Origin: Lingula anatina
Taxonomy: Eukaryota; Animalia; Brachiopoda
Length of the DNA: 64,000 bases
Assembly: GCA_051362555.1 (NCBI GenBank)
Contig: CM120642.1
Span: 20,274,001-20,338,000, forward strand
Direction of reading: 5' to 3'
Below the pieces are notes generated by a model that searched no databases, was not told where the DNA came from, and saw only the letters and a list, made by a program, of their open reading frames with translations. The position numbers and the translations under genes were made by a program. Every line of letters begins with the position of its first letter. The stretch's first letter is position 1. Below are positions 1 to 13,791 of this stretch, piece by piece.

Positions 1-57
1 CAAATATAGAGTCAAATCAGTGGCTTCAGACTTCGCATGTATTCTTATTCTTATTAC

Positions 58-510
58 CTGATTGTGTAGATTTTAATTTCACAGTTACTCTCACACCCAT
101 TTGTAACTGTAAATCCACCTGACACTCCTGAAAAAAAATGTACACCATCTGAAGATCAATTCACACAACTGTACACAAAATAGCTGTTTTAATTTATAGC
201 ATGGAAATCATGGCATGCTGTTTCAGTTTCTACTTTTCCTAAGAAGACTACTACAGATCTATCCTGAATTACGAGTCGGAAGTAAACTGAATTTTAGTCA
301 ATAAGTTTAGGTGAATTTTGGGAGGAGATAGAGAGTGCTGCTGCCGACCAAACAAGTTGGAAAGAGTTTGCCGTCCAATGTCCTACATTGGACAGGAGGA
401 CCTAAGACTAAGACTAAGTTCTTTGGTGAATATTCTTGTTAGACTTATACCATTACTATTATTATAACAATTATTGATATTAGTACTAATATTACTACTA
501 CTAATACTAC

Positions 511-542
<32 letters not shown>

Positions 543-3500
543 TGAGTCACAAACCTTCCTTAACCCAATGTTAACATAGGATCCTTTCCCTTCCTTCACT
601 GGTTTGTCCAGCACCACGCCTTCCCTGTAGCTACACTCGTCCTCCGCCCGCATGTGATGGGGACAGTCCAGGGGATTCAGGAGACCTGGAAGCAGAAATA
701 TTTGGCAAACTTCAAGATGCATTTGAAATCAAACTTTTGCCACTGAACCAGACCAAATGCCACTGAATAGTTTCAAAAAGCGTAACTTAAAGAAATACCA
801 AAGGGTACCTATCATTTCGTATTTTCCAAAAATGATATAGGAACAGTTTGTTGTGCTTTCTTTATGTGGTATAAATATCCCTCAGCAGTCTCTTTGAATA
901 AGTATGCAGTTGCACACCCAGCTATACATACATACATGTGAGTGATAGTGATGATTATGCAATATACACAGGTCCGTAGTGGACCTTTATGAATTAGGGG
1001 GTCAGAAAAATAGGTCATTCAAATAACAAACACAGATTAAAAGTAGGTGCAGTTTTAATTTAAGCTATTTTTGGCTGAACTCGAGTTTGATTTGGTTTGC
1101 AACTTGGCATGTTGACATTACTTAAGTCATATAAAATCTAGCAGAAGTAGTTTATATGCACATTCCATTACTGGAAATCTACACTTGCTTAATATGCATC
1201 TCACACTTGCTTCATGTGTATCTAAAATTTTATATAAACCCTTTTGATTCACAAGACCCAGAGGCAGAAACATATGGCAATCTTGACATTATACATATTA
1301 CTATATCATTCTGACAGCAGCTAGCATCTAGGGCAGCTGAAAACAGTAAGTCTTGATTCTTTGCAGCAAGAGATAGTGATCTTCCTACACTGCAGTAAAT
1401 CTACATGATTCTAGTACCTGACAAACATAAAAATAAATTGGCTGTTTTTTACAAAAAAGTCATTATCTTGTTTAAAAAATAACAATTTTCTCAAAATTTA
1501 GTAAAAAATTAAAAATTCTATAAGCAATATTTTAGGTAATTTTGAAAACTTAGTCTGCCAACTTTCTGTGTCATCTTTGCTTTCAGCTCTTTTCCTTTAG
1601 TGAAACAGACCAAAGACTCTAACCAGACTCCACTCCAGAATACAAAGACTCACTTTACCAATCAAGATAACTAAAATGCTGTTCTGAAATAAAACAGCTA
1701 GATACAATAGCTAGAAGAAAGATGTCAGACCTGCATACTGTAGATCAGTGTGCTGTGGAAACAGGGACTTTCTCAGGTATTGTGGACACTCCAGGTACTG
1801 CAGTATCCGGGCCAGCTGGACATTAGCGTGTCCCTTCTTACCAACGCCTGTGTATGAACCACTGGTTGTACTGAAATATATATAACAAAGCTAACTGCAT
1901 TTGGGGGATTCTAAAATGAGGAGATCACAGCTGCGGCATTGTTGAGAATTGACACAAAATACAATGAGATGCTTTTGTTCTGTTATTAAAATAATGCAAT
2001 TTCTTTTACAGACCAAAATAACATACCAATCTCTCTATATAATTCCAATTTCACTTTGAATAAAACAAAATACATTGTTTATTTCTTTTATTTTCATTTA
2101 CAATCTTGAATAAAAAATAAACAGCAAAAACAAAGCTAAATAACTTCTCTGTCAAATTTTTTTTCTGAAATGAACATGCTAGCTATGCAACTAGTAATAA
2201 ATGTGTGTTTATCCCTTATTGCTTTGCATATAAAAATTTTCACTATTTCTTACTTTTCAGCTGATCCTGTCTCATCGAAGATGATCACTTCGTCCACCTT
2301 GAAGACTACAGCTGCTCTGGCTATCTGCAACCAAAACTGATGTTTATATACCAGTATATACACACATACACATAAACCTGTATGATAAGTAGCAAATACC
2401 TAATACATATAGTAACCCACAAAAGGGGACAAATAATGCATTTGCCTTAACATCCATGAAAAACATTTATTGCATAGCAAATGAGATAAAGTATTAATAA
2501 TATTTGCTGAACTTTTAAGAGTATATTCATGAACTAAGCTCGTCATAAGCAGAGCCCACCAGCACCCAGCTTCAGAGGCATTCTTCTCAAATAATAAAAT
2601 ATAATAAATTCTTTTATGACACATTCCATAAAAAATATCCCCGTGCGTCCCACAGATTTTCTAAAATCAGTTAAAACAGTGAAAATAAAATAATAAAATT
2701 ACAGTAACAATAAAAAGAATCCTCAAGAATTTTCTTTGATATATAATTGTCATTAATACCCACCTGTCCTGCCAGGTATGTCCTCAACTCTGGAGACTGG
2801 GCATTGTCCAAGATGGACCCAGGCAAGGCAATGCTGACCGTCCTAGTTATGGCATCTGATAGAGAAGCAAAGTTAAGAGAATACATACATACATATGTAC
2901 TTAACTAAATTATCATACTGTACATAGTTGACTCATGGGCGGATTTAGGCCGTCTTCTGGGTCTTCCGGAAGACGGTCAGATTTTCAAGTTTACATTGTC
3001 GGGCATCTAATGTTTTTTGTCGGAAGACGGTCAAAAATGGAGGACAGATCAACAAAGATAATTTGGAAGACTGTCAGAAAATATATCTGGATCCGCCCCT
3101 GAGTTGTATAGACTTAAGGCAAATTAACAGTTAAAATGCTACAACCATAACTTACTGTAACTTGGATCACATATTTTCAAGCAAATGATGAAATGTTTTA
3201 TTTTAATACTTTTTTTAAAAGACAACTATTAAAATGAAAGTTACTGTAATTCAAAGAGACAATTTTTCACCTAACACCAATTATAGTAACACTTTGTACG
3301 AACTCACTGACCTTCTTCTTTCTCTTCTTTTTTCTTGGGATCATCATCAGTTTTCCTTTTCTTATGTTTTTCTAATTCATTAAGCAGTTTTTCTTCCTTC
3401 CATTTTCTTCTTTGGGCTTTTACTATTTAATTTAAGAGTGCAGTGTTTGCAGTGATATTACCTTACAGTGCACATGATATATTAATACGTTTCATACAAA

Positions 3501-6031
3501 ATGGTTGCTCAACTGTTGTTTGCAATTTGATTTATAACTACAAATGGCTGTAGTAACATGATTTTGTCCTCTACAAGCAAGTTGGACATCTACAACTACC
3601 AATAATAATAATCCAAACATAACCACCCAGCAGGCACACAATGTTGATTCAACGTTGATTCAACGTTGAATTTATGTTGAGACGTTGATAAACGTTGAAT
3701 CAACGTTGATTCAACGACCATAATTCAACGTTGACATTTCAATGTTGATTCAACGTTGATTCAACGACAACAAATTCAACGTTGGCATTTCAACGTTGAT
3801 TCAACGACAACAAATTCAACATTGGCATTTCAACGTTGATTCAACATTGATTCAACGACAACAAATTCAACAGTGGCATTTCAACGTTGATTTAACTTTG
3901 ATTCAACGACAACAAATTCAACGTTGGCATTTCAACGTTGATTCAACTTTGATTCAACGACAACAAATTCAACGTTGACTTTTCAACATTGATTCAACGT
4001 TGATTCAACGACAACAAATTCAACGTTGGCATATCAACATTGATTCAACTTTGATTCAACGACAACAAATTCAACGTTGGCATTTCAACATTGACTCAAC
4101 TTTGATTCAATGACAACAAATTCAACGTTGGCATGTCAACATTGATTCAACTTTGAAGTAAGATTGAGTTGATAAACCTACATTATTTCAACCTTATTCA
4201 ACTTGCATTTTTGAATGTTGATGTTTGAGTAAATTTTTCACATTGATTCAATTATTCCTCCCAACATTGATTTTCTGGTCAGGTTTTAACATTGATTCAA
4301 CTTTGGCATTTCAAGTTAACATAATGACTATTCAGGAGGTAACTTATAATTAGTCAAAGATGTTAATTCAACATGGATTCAGTTTTTGCATTTCAACTTG
4401 AGACAGTATGCATGCCGACCGCGACGACAGACCGCAGGTGACAGTTATTTGAAGCCTATACAGAAAAATCAATATATATATTGCCATCAAGCCAATATTT
4501 GGTGATGTCATTTATTTTATTATTTATTTATTTTATTATTTTAATTATTTAATTTTTGTCTATTTTTGTGAGCTGAATGCATTGAACTAACGTCATTTGA
4601 TCAATTTTGATTTATCCCTCTCTTTCTCTCTTTTCTTCAAAGTCCCCTCATCATATTTGTACAATTTGATATAAATTGGACTTGACATTTGAATGAACTG
4701 TTAACTTTTTAGAGCTAAGTACTCGTTCCGCTATTTTTAAATTCCGCTTTTTATGACAAGCCGGTCAAGTACCCGGATGTAGCGTTTTTAGAGTTGTGGA
4801 TACGAAGAAGCACAGGCGTCAGTCTGTCCGGAGATCTGGCATATCAATGCGTAAGCGGTGATTATTACAAAAAATCCTACGCGCTTGCACAAAATAGTCC
4901 GCGACGTGTGTTTCGCGCCATATTTTGCAAAATCCATATCTGTTATGAAAATCCATGAAACTCTGTGAATAGCCCATTATTCTGCTTGAAACTTTCAAAA
5001 AATAAAATTTAGAACTTGATGTAAACGCACAATGTAAAATTAACATTTCATTTCCGTGGAAAAATTTGTATCAGCTGTCTAAAAATAGCACACGCGTTTT
5101 TCCCAAGCTGACCTTGGAATTTTTTACCCAAAAATGAAATGATTGCAGAAAAAATGGACAAACCTAATTTTTTGATTTTATAATGATTTATGAAACTATA
5201 TATGCTCAAATTACACCACGAAGAATAATTTTTTTGTGAGACCTTCCTTCTTTGTAAAATCTCTATTTTAGTGCGAATTATGTAGGTCAGTCGAAATTGG
5301 GACTGTCACGTTGCACTGAGCAAGTGACTCGAGAGCGTTTTTCTCGGTAAATCTTGCATTTCGGTTGAAAATATGGAATGTTCAGCTTTTCAAGTGTATA
5401 TTTATAGTATACAGTGTGTCACTGTCATAGTGAGAGCTGTTATGGAAAACAATACATGAAGAAACGACATCGGTGCTGCTGATAGCCCATATCGCTGCCA
5501 TAACATGGTTTCGGACTGGAAAATTTTGCCGTTTGCCTTTCAAGTTACATAGCTTTGGGTTTGCAGACTAAAAGGTGAGTCTTTTTTGCATTCACTAAGT
5601 CTCATAGAAGCGCCGAAATATATAGAAATGATTTTGGAGTAACCTCCCTTCGCATAGTTCAAATGCACTTGTTGACGTTCAGTCATAGTGAAATGTTACA
5701 TTTTGTTGCAAAGTTACAGTTGCACTTTGTAAAATGTGTACTTGCGTACCTTTATCCCTTCTATTTCCTTATGGAGTTGGAATCTAGACCTTTTCCAAAA
5801 TAGGGGGTGTGTGTCTATACACACCTGTTAACTAGCATATTGCGCAATCAGCAATTATTATTAATTAAATTGTTTGACCAAAGCATACTTTATGACCTAT
5901 GCATTGTGCTTTTTCAGTTTTAGTGAAATGCTGACAGCATACAGGTCTATCCCTGCCTAAGCTATAGCATGAGAATGGACTTGATGGCATGAAATGAAAA
6001 GATACCAGTTAGAAGGTAATTAAGTGTTTAT

Positions 6032-6080
<49 letters not shown>

Positions 6081-9000
6081 AAGCCAATACTTCTGTATTT
6101 TTTTTATAACTGGCCTATAACTAGTAGGACCAAGGAATTATTAATACTATATAGTACTTTGATAAACAACTGGTGTGAGACTGACAATGAGGTGATTTTT
6201 TTTTTTAATCTATAGATTTTTCATTAAATTTCAGTTTTTATCTGCTTTGTATAAATTTGTTTCCACATGTATGATTTTATCATTATATTATAATTATTTT
6301 TAACAGATTCCTGAATTTCATATCAGCTGACAATAAGGGAAGAGGTGTTCTAGTCAAGACCAGGGAAAATTTATTTCCACACAATTTTGTGTGATGGTGC
6401 TGTTGATGCAGGTGTGACTGAACAAGAGATGGTGTTTTGTAGAGTCTTGGATATTATTTACCCTAGAAACCTTTCTCATAGCAGACTAGTTCTGGAACAT
6501 TATTTTCTTCCAGTAAGCAGGGGTCAAAACAGACGGTCGCCCACTCGCCAATGCGACTTAGAAACGTCCCGGGCGACTACCTGTCAGGGGTACTGGTCCG
6601 TTTTGGCGACCGCTGAAAAGTGCCGAACATCGTTGCCAAACCCACAGTCTGCGACGTTAAGCACTAGCCCGAGGCAATTGCCCACCTATAGTGGCACCGG
6701 GCTAGTAAAAAAGATGAAATTTTATAAAGCACTAGCTGTAATTTTGAACCTATTTTAACACTCAGTAAGATTTCAAAAATATGAGTCGCCAGTCTTCTTT
6801 GTCCCTGCCTCTTATTTGACGTTTCTAGATAGTATGATATGCCTCTCAGTTGAAAAAAACTCACACCTAGCTCAAACTACTGAATATTGATTAGTTGCTA
6901 TAAATAACTTCACTGTAGTTATTCATAGTAGCAGTCTGTCTGATCAGCGTGTCGGCATCTTTTAATTTGACCAGTTTGTTGTCATGACTACAAATTGCTG
7001 TCAATCAAGAAACTGGATCAGACCGGAATTCTTTGGTACTAGCAACAGGTTCTTTGTCAAAACAACACTGTCTCCGAAGCAAGTGTAATGTATGCGTTAT
7101 CTCATAGAACATTTAGGTTAGGACCACTTAGCAGACTGAGGGGTGGAGTATTCTATTTCCTTTTTTGTTTATATTTTTTATTTATAATTTTAATGTCCAT
7201 GAGTAAATACATGGCAGTTACATAAATACCCTATGAACTATTCTTGACAATGTGGGATAGTTCAGTTTATGCCATGGCTACCCCTCCACACTTTGTCCTG
7301 GTAAAGTCCTTGAAAAGTTGTTTTTACAAATATATAACCAAAAGAATTGTTACCAAAAAAAATTGTAAGACGTTTGTTTAATTACCCTTACAGCACCTAT
7401 GTATTTTAAATTAGAAGTGGCATTATATACCGATGTAATTGGAAATAAATTGTCAGAAAAGAGCCATTGTCAATAAAAAGAATAGGAATTTAAAAAACAT
7501 TTTGATTGCATATAAAAAATGGAAAAAAAAGATATAATAAAAATATGAAAAGTAAGGGTAACTATATTCAGTATTACAAATTTTAAAAAATAATTTTTTC
7601 AATATTAAATGAATTAAATATGTTTTTAATTAATTTTACCACCCCATCAACTGGAAATTAACCTGCTTGACTTTGTTATTCACTTGCTCTACTTCTATAA
7701 TAAGGTTTATAAGAAAGTACAGTATGGTACCACAACTCTTTACAGCATCTGCTTAAACTTTTTAAATGAATTATTTAAATTGGGCTAGTGTTTTTTGGTT
7801 CGGGCTAGTAAAGTTTGAGAGAAGTTTTTTCGTCTCGCGTTCAACCCCAGCAATTAAAATTAAATTAAATTTTTAAGATTAAAATATGGATATATGTAGA
7901 AGTTATATTTATTTCATAATAATTTTTTATATATCCATTTTATTTTTTATATATTATGATAATGATGAGCTAGCAGAGGAGGATGTGTACAAACAGTTAA
8001 AGGAACTGACTAGAATATGAATGTGTTTAGATAATCATATAGAAATAAAAATGGATGTTAAACATGTATGCATTTACGTTATATCTAGTAGCTTGAAACT
8101 ACTAATTTTTAACGTAAAATTTTACGGACCAGTACTTCTTGGTACGGACCAGTACCTCTAAGATCCACTGGTCCGTATTGGCCAGTCCTGCCCAAATTCT
8201 GTTTTGACCCCTGAGTATTAAACAGGATGGGCTTTGACCCAAAAGACTTCCATTGAGAGTGGCCTGCCTTTAAAGAGTACATAGGTGGCAGGTTTATAGT
8301 GAATTAAAAAAAAAAAAAGACGTGTACCGATTTGTTTCAAGGCTAGGAGACCAGACAAAGATTAGAATACATACAATAATGCTAACTGAAATTGCCTTGT
8401 TCAGCCTGTCCACTTCTCAGGTGGAGAGAGGATACAGTGCTCTCAAAAGAATCAAATCTGACTGGAGGTCAAGTTTGGGGAATATTATGCTTAAGTTAAC
8501 AAATTTTTGACGGCAGTTTTAAGGGGCCAAGTTTTGATGATCATTTAGTCAAGGAATCTATCAACCACTGGGTGGCAGGGAAAACAGCACAATTTTGAAC
8601 TTGAAAATTGGTTTAGTTTTCTGATTGTCATATCCAGGTAAATGACCTGACCATTGAAGATTCTAGGGAAATAAAAAATTGAAACATACTCGTATACAAT
8701 ACTGAAGTTTTTTTTTTTTCATTTTTAATGCATTTTACTTTGATATGTAGACTATTTAATTACAAATTATATTTAAGAATTTTCAGCTGGGGAGGATCTT
8801 ATTTGTATGTCAGTTTTGGCTAAAGTAATATTCATGACTTGATGGGGCAGGTGCTTCTCCTGCCCCCAGAATAGACAGATCAAGTTTGCCAAATAGTTTA
8901 TTGCAGCCTTGTTAACTGATTTGATTTAAAAGGCAAACTTTGAAAAAGTTCAGTGCATATTCATGAGGCTGAATGAACATTTCCCAGGAACAGTGTTTTA

Positions 9001-12000
9001 AGGACACAAGTTTACTTAGTTGTGTTTATTACACAGATTTTAATATTTTGCATGTAAATTTAAGTAGATAAGGGATTTTTTCAAATCATAATTGGAAGGG
9101 CCTCATTTTAAATAGTTTAATATGTAAGAGACAAAAATAGTACTAGTACATAGAAATAAATCTTGAGCAGTAAAATAAGAGAACAAGGCATTAGTGCAGA
9201 TCTTAATATAATGAATAAACCGGTGCTGAATGATTTTTTTTATTATCAAAACCCTTTCAGGCTTTAAAAAGTACAACCTGGCCATAGGCCAGTACTTCAT
9301 TGTACAGTAAATATATATCCAAATAAAAAATCGTGTTTTATTTATTACTAGATATAGCAATATCTTCCTATATTAGTCAAAATTCACACTGGATTTCTTG
9401 TGGGGTGGATCATAACTATACCATTTTTGATGTTTTCAGAATGAAGCATATAACTCTTAAGATAAATCTGATGTTTGATGTACAGTCCTTGTTCGTATTT
9501 TTATTTTCATTGTAATCTGTTTGCTCTGATATTCAGAATATTTAAGAAAACTTGTAGTCTTTCTAAGTCGGGTCAGTGCTTCAGGGGCCGGTTTCACAAA
9601 GCAGTAGTTAGTTAGCGATCGGTAGTTAGCCTCTCGCTAGTTATAGTGCCGTTTCACGAAGTAGTCGCTAGTTCTCTCGCTCGTTATTGTCTCGTTGTTA
9701 CCTTGGATATTTAACGACTGGTCAGACCAGTCGCTAACTCTAGAGTTTCATCGTACGCATGCGTAATGAGTGAAATAAAAAGGTTGCTTAGTTACCGTTG
9801 TCTGTCGTTTGTCTTTGTATCCAATATGGCGGCTACCTTTCTTGCTATCCGTACCGCCAGACGGCAACGTAGACTACGACGTTTTCATAAAAGGCAGAAT
9901 CTATTAGAATATACACACGATGATGCAATTTACGAGAGGTTGCGCCTAGCTGTGACAAAAAGAGCGGCAAAAAGGTGGTGGAGATCCTTTACGACGACCT
10001 CAAAGCAGACGTTCTTATGCATTTCCAGCCACCAAAAATTGGAGAATTAGTGCTTTCGTGACACTTTTACGCAAGAGTTCCACTTCCGGCAGACGGTTTC
10101 GAGACTACGGTGAGTAACGAGAGAACTAACGACCGAACTTTACGACTGAACTTAGCGATAAGTTAACTACTGCTTCGTGAAACACCCCTCGAAAATCGCT
10201 AAGTTTGCTCGTTAGCGAGGTAGTTCAGTAGTTAGTTGTTCTAACTAACTACTGCTTTGTGAAACCGGCCCCAGGTTGGTCACGTGACGCTATAAATTAT
10301 GACGAAAATGGGGTTCCATTTTGTCGTCGTTTTGGAGATTCACTTATTTCCCCACACAAAATGGGTAAAAATTGTAGGAGACATACCTTATGATATAGCA
10401 TTTGAAAGTTTATGATCTCGTCTTTCTGCAAGATATAATTGTTTGAAAATATTTTGCGTTTCCTGCGATACATAATCACAGTAACCTACTGCACTTGAAA
10501 TAATCGGTTTTGCCAACTTTTACACAGACTTCACGGGATTATTAACACTTTGCCAGCCAGTTGGGACCCGAACGCAACATATATTTAATTTCAACACGAA
10601 GCCCACTTGTTTAGCTTTTAGAATATATGTAAAACGCTGGTGAAATAAACATTGTAGCAATTTTGTAATAGTTGAAACGCAGCACTAGTGTGACACGCTT
10701 CAGAAATGCGAGTGCTTGGCGTCGATTTCACCTCGCGCTAAAAAAAAATGGACAAAGCTGAATTTACAAAACATATATACTGCCAGAAACCCAGCTTAAT
10801 TGGCTTTCATGATTTAGTTTTTAAAAAATTGTGAGATTTCAAATTCTTACAGAAATCTTTAAATAGAAAATTGCGGACACCTGAAACGGGGCTCCATTTG
10901 CAATCACCCGCGTGGATAAATCTCCCATTTTACAGTTCTAAATCTATTTTTTATGACAACTAACCTTAAAATTCCGAATCCCTAGACATTCCCGCTTCCT
11001 TTTATATACATATCGTTTAATCACATCAACAGTTGACAAAAATACACATGAAAACAAGAAGAGATCAAAAGTCGTCCATTTTCACTCGATTTTGCTGAAA
11101 GTAGTGCGGAAATGGAGACGAGGATTAACTTTAGTGCAAAACTGCGAGCCAACTTTCTTTGAGAAAATGGAGGAAAAACGTGAAATTACGAAATTCGAAG
11201 CGTACAGAAGTCCGGAGAAATACGGGCCACGCTGGCTAGACAGTTTGCAGGATGAGAAAGAGAGAGATAAATCATTTGCTGACGGAAAAGGTTTGATCTT
11301 TTCAGAACCAACGGACGAAAAGAAATAATGAACAAAGACAGAAAATTAAAAAATACATGTCAGAAGAGACGCGCGCTGATGTAGCATTCAGGGGGACATG
11401 TGTACAAGATATTTTCATGACTCTCCCAAACATACTGCAGGTGTGAAACATGGATACACATAGAATGTTAACGCTTTAAATGAAAGTGCAACTCCAGAAA
11501 CTGTGAGTATGTTAAAAACCGAAGTCATTTGACAAACCAATTTACTCAGTCTAAACACCACGAGTTCAGACATGAAAAAACGAAGTAGAAACCACCCCGA
11601 CTGAGAAAACATGGAACGTGCAACAAGTCTGCAAAACTGAAACTAAGATTCATGTATATGACAGTTATGAACATGATAATCCAGGAGTGCATATACATTT
11701 GGTGTGGGGTAACCAATGCAATATACACTGAGACTTGGTGGAAATAGAGATAGGCGGCATTAATCTCAGTGTACTAGCTGTATTACCAGATTCAGGCGCA
11801 TATTGTAATATCACTGATGAAAATACATGGGGAATGCTGCAATCCAAGAAAAAAAAAATGCGTCTCAGGCTCTTGTGCAGGACCACAAAACAAACAGTAT
11901 TATTCAGACACGTCTGAGAAACCTTTAAAGTGAAGGGAGCATTTGAATGTGACTTAAAGGCAGGCAAAGAAAGAGACCATGTGGAATTTGTAGTAGTGAA

Positions 12001-13791
12001 AGGGACATGGGGTTTGATATGAGTTGATTAGATTTGAGAATTTTCAATGTGGTTAGAATAATTATAGTTGGAGTTCATATGTTATTCTGCAAATGTTTGA
12101 AAAGACAATTTAAAGACTGAACTGTCAATTAGCATATATTTGAAAGGACAGTTTAATTCTCTTTAACAAATTAGGAAGGGATGTTGTGTTTTTACCTGAC
12201 ATTTAAATGAGCTGTTGTTAATTTGGTAGATGTACTTGTTGCATTGTTAATTCCTTTAATTACTATTAGCTTGTCAAGGAGCCTGATGTATCATTTCTTA
12301 GTGATATGGATATGAAAAAAGCACAAGTGTTCCAAACTGGTTCAACTCATTGAGTGATTTTATTCATGATGTAATTTCATTCAAAAGCATCAACAATATA
12401 CTGGGGTTTGTGTTTGTGCACATGTAATTGTCTTTTTATTGTACATCTATATCTATGGGGTATACATAATTCTTTTTTCAGAGTTTGCATGTATGTAGAC
12501 AGCATGCAAGTTTAATTGAAACAGTTACTGCATGGTTATTTATAATTTTGTTATAATGAACTCTCTGTCATCTAAAAAACAATGTTTTTTCATTCATTAT
12601 TCAAGATTTATTTATTACAGAACTAGTGATTATGATTATAAATGATATGTTTGAATTATAATTTACTTTAAAAATGACAATGTATAGTATAATTTAGGTT
12701 AAGGTGTGCAAAAATCTCTCCCCCCCCCCCATGTACATGCATCATTACAATTTTTGTGTTAGTTCAGATTCGATGTGCAGCTTTGTTTTGTAAAAAAAAA
12801 AAGTGTTGTTCTTATTTTTTTATTTATTATTGCTATGTTGTAAACTATGTATATTTTAACTACTTAAATTAGCAGCATTTTTCCTTTTATGTAGTGACAA
12901 AATAAAGACAATGAAAATGCTATTTGTCTCAACTTTTATTTAATGTTAAATCAAGATATAATCAATGCTAAATCAACATATAATCAACGGTAATTGAGAT
13001 TTCTAATGTTGAAACAACGTTGAACTATCAATCATGATTCAACGTTGAATTGCCAACGTTGATTCAACGTTGACTTTTCAACGTTGATTCAACGTTGACT
13101 TTTCAACGTTGACACAAACTTCCGTTTTCAAACATAAATTCAACATTGATTCAACGTTGAGACTCACGCTAAAAAAAACGTTGTGTGCCTGCTGGGCATG
13201 AACAGTATGTATTCAGTGTCAATTATTGCCCAATTATGCCACAATACCAAATAACTATATTGCTCCTTTTTTATAAAGCTGACTTACTTTCTTTCCAGTT
13301 TTTGTGGTTTATTTGCTGTAAAATAAATATTGATCACATGCATAAATCACTATTAGCCCAGATCATTACAGTGAGCCATTAAACTTGTGAATAAAAAGAC
13401 AATAATATGAATAAGCTAAATAAAAAATGATAATAATACCAATAATTAATAAACAAATAATAATAAAATAAGAAATAATATAGATAACTGCCATGTTTGG
13501 TTGGGCTTGTCTCGATGGTGATTCTGGGTATTTTCTCAAAATACATATAAAACGAAAATATGAGTGCTAAAGATTGAGTATATATGAAGACTGGGTGCGG
13601 GTGGGGGGGGGGGGGGGGGCGAAGGACTACGAATTTTTAATTAGTACATGTACCATGATTTTTTGACACAAAACACATGCTTAAACAGATGGAAGCATCA
13701 AAACACAAAACACTGCTCTTTACTTAATTCAATGACGATTTAGGATTATCATCACCTCTGTCGACTTCTTGTAATCTTGAAATGAATCCAT
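58..13791 (-). CDS. SPOUT1: SPOUT-class RNA methyltransferase SPOUT1 (C9orf114/CENP-32), 5' part; gene continues beyond the left edge
   Basis: Minus-strand exons with GT-AG boundaries and consistent phases: 13756-13791 (MDSFQDYKKSTE), 13288-13315, 3312-3422 (KAQRRKWKEEKL..), 2764-2855 (TVSIALPGSILDNAQSPELRTYLAGQ), 2254-2324 (IARAAVVFKVDEVIIFDE), 1731-1870 (QLARILQYLECPQYLRKSLFPQHTDLQYAG), 555-685 (LLNPLDCPHHMR..YREGVV), 58-127 (GVRVTVKL). These are the characteristic C9orf114-family motifs. The two tiny 5' exons are less certain. Confidence 0.93.
2934..3101. mobile_element. ~170-bp hAT-like MITE
   Basis: Ends CATGGGCGGAT / ATCCGCCCCTG; imperfect 8-bp flanks AGTTGACT/AGTTGTAT; diverged copies at ~58860-59023 and ~62859-63013. 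Confidence 0.65.
3641..4160. repeat. Subterminal tandem array, 51-bp unit built from 11-bp TTCAACGTTGA-like palindromes
   Basis: GACAACAAATTC recurs at 3766, 3806, 3857, 3908, 3959, 4010, 4061, 4112. A shorter matching motif cluster lies at ~13010-13160. Confidence 0.9.
6300..8600 (+). pseudogene. Decayed hAT (ZNF862-like) transposase fragments
   Basis: FHTILCDGAVDAGVTEQEMVFCR (~6374-6442) resembles the first catalytic-Asp region; LSTSQVERGYSALKRIKSDWRSSL (~8406-8477) resembles the hAT C-terminal dimerisation motif. Stops, frameshifts and a large deletion are present. Confidence 0.7.
6518..8213. mobile_element. Non-autonomous hAT-like element inserted in the transposase relic
   Basis: Perfect 15-bp TIRs CAGGGGTCAAAACAG / CTGTTTTGACCCCTG; subterminal GGACCAGT and CGGGCTAGT motifs; no clean 8-bp TSD visible. 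Confidence 0.65.
9585..10271 (+). mobile_element. Internally deleted PIF/Harbinger element
   Basis: 31-bp perfect TIRs GGGCCGGTTTCACAAAGCAGTAGTTAGTTAG; 3-bp TSD CAG; retained ORF piece RRLRRFHKRQNLLEYTHDDAIYERLRL resembles the Harbinger transposase N-terminus. Confidence 0.85.
11590..12010 (+). pseudogene. Ty3/Gypsy gag-protease relic
   Basis: VEIEIGGINLSVLAVLPDSGAYCNITDENTW has a DSG aspartic-protease motif, followed by PLKVKGAFECDLKAGKERDHVEFVVVKG; degraded Zn-knuckle-like CNKSAKL upstream. Confidence 0.65.

Larger units (their letters stand above)
3626..13196. mobile_element. 9.6-kb non-autonomous CMC (EnSpm/CACTA-Mirage-like) DNA transposon in SPOUT1 intron 2
   Basis: TIRs CCCAGCAGGCACACAA(T/C)GTT at 3626 and inverted ending at 13196; 2-bp TSD CA; CCCAG terminus fits the CMC consensus; subterminal arrays of the palindrome TCAACGTTGA at both ends. 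Confidence 0.8.

Noticed and set aside
3641-4160. CRISPR-like array, or the repetitive ORF 3796-3978
   Set aside because: Units are near-identical tandem copies with no unique spacers, there are no cas genes, and the context is eukaryotic; the ORF is a by-product of the 51-bp period.
6024-6215. Poly-Lys ORF; likewise the poly-Asn/Tyr ORF at 46582-46767
   Set aside because: Translation of a poly-A tract or microsatellite.
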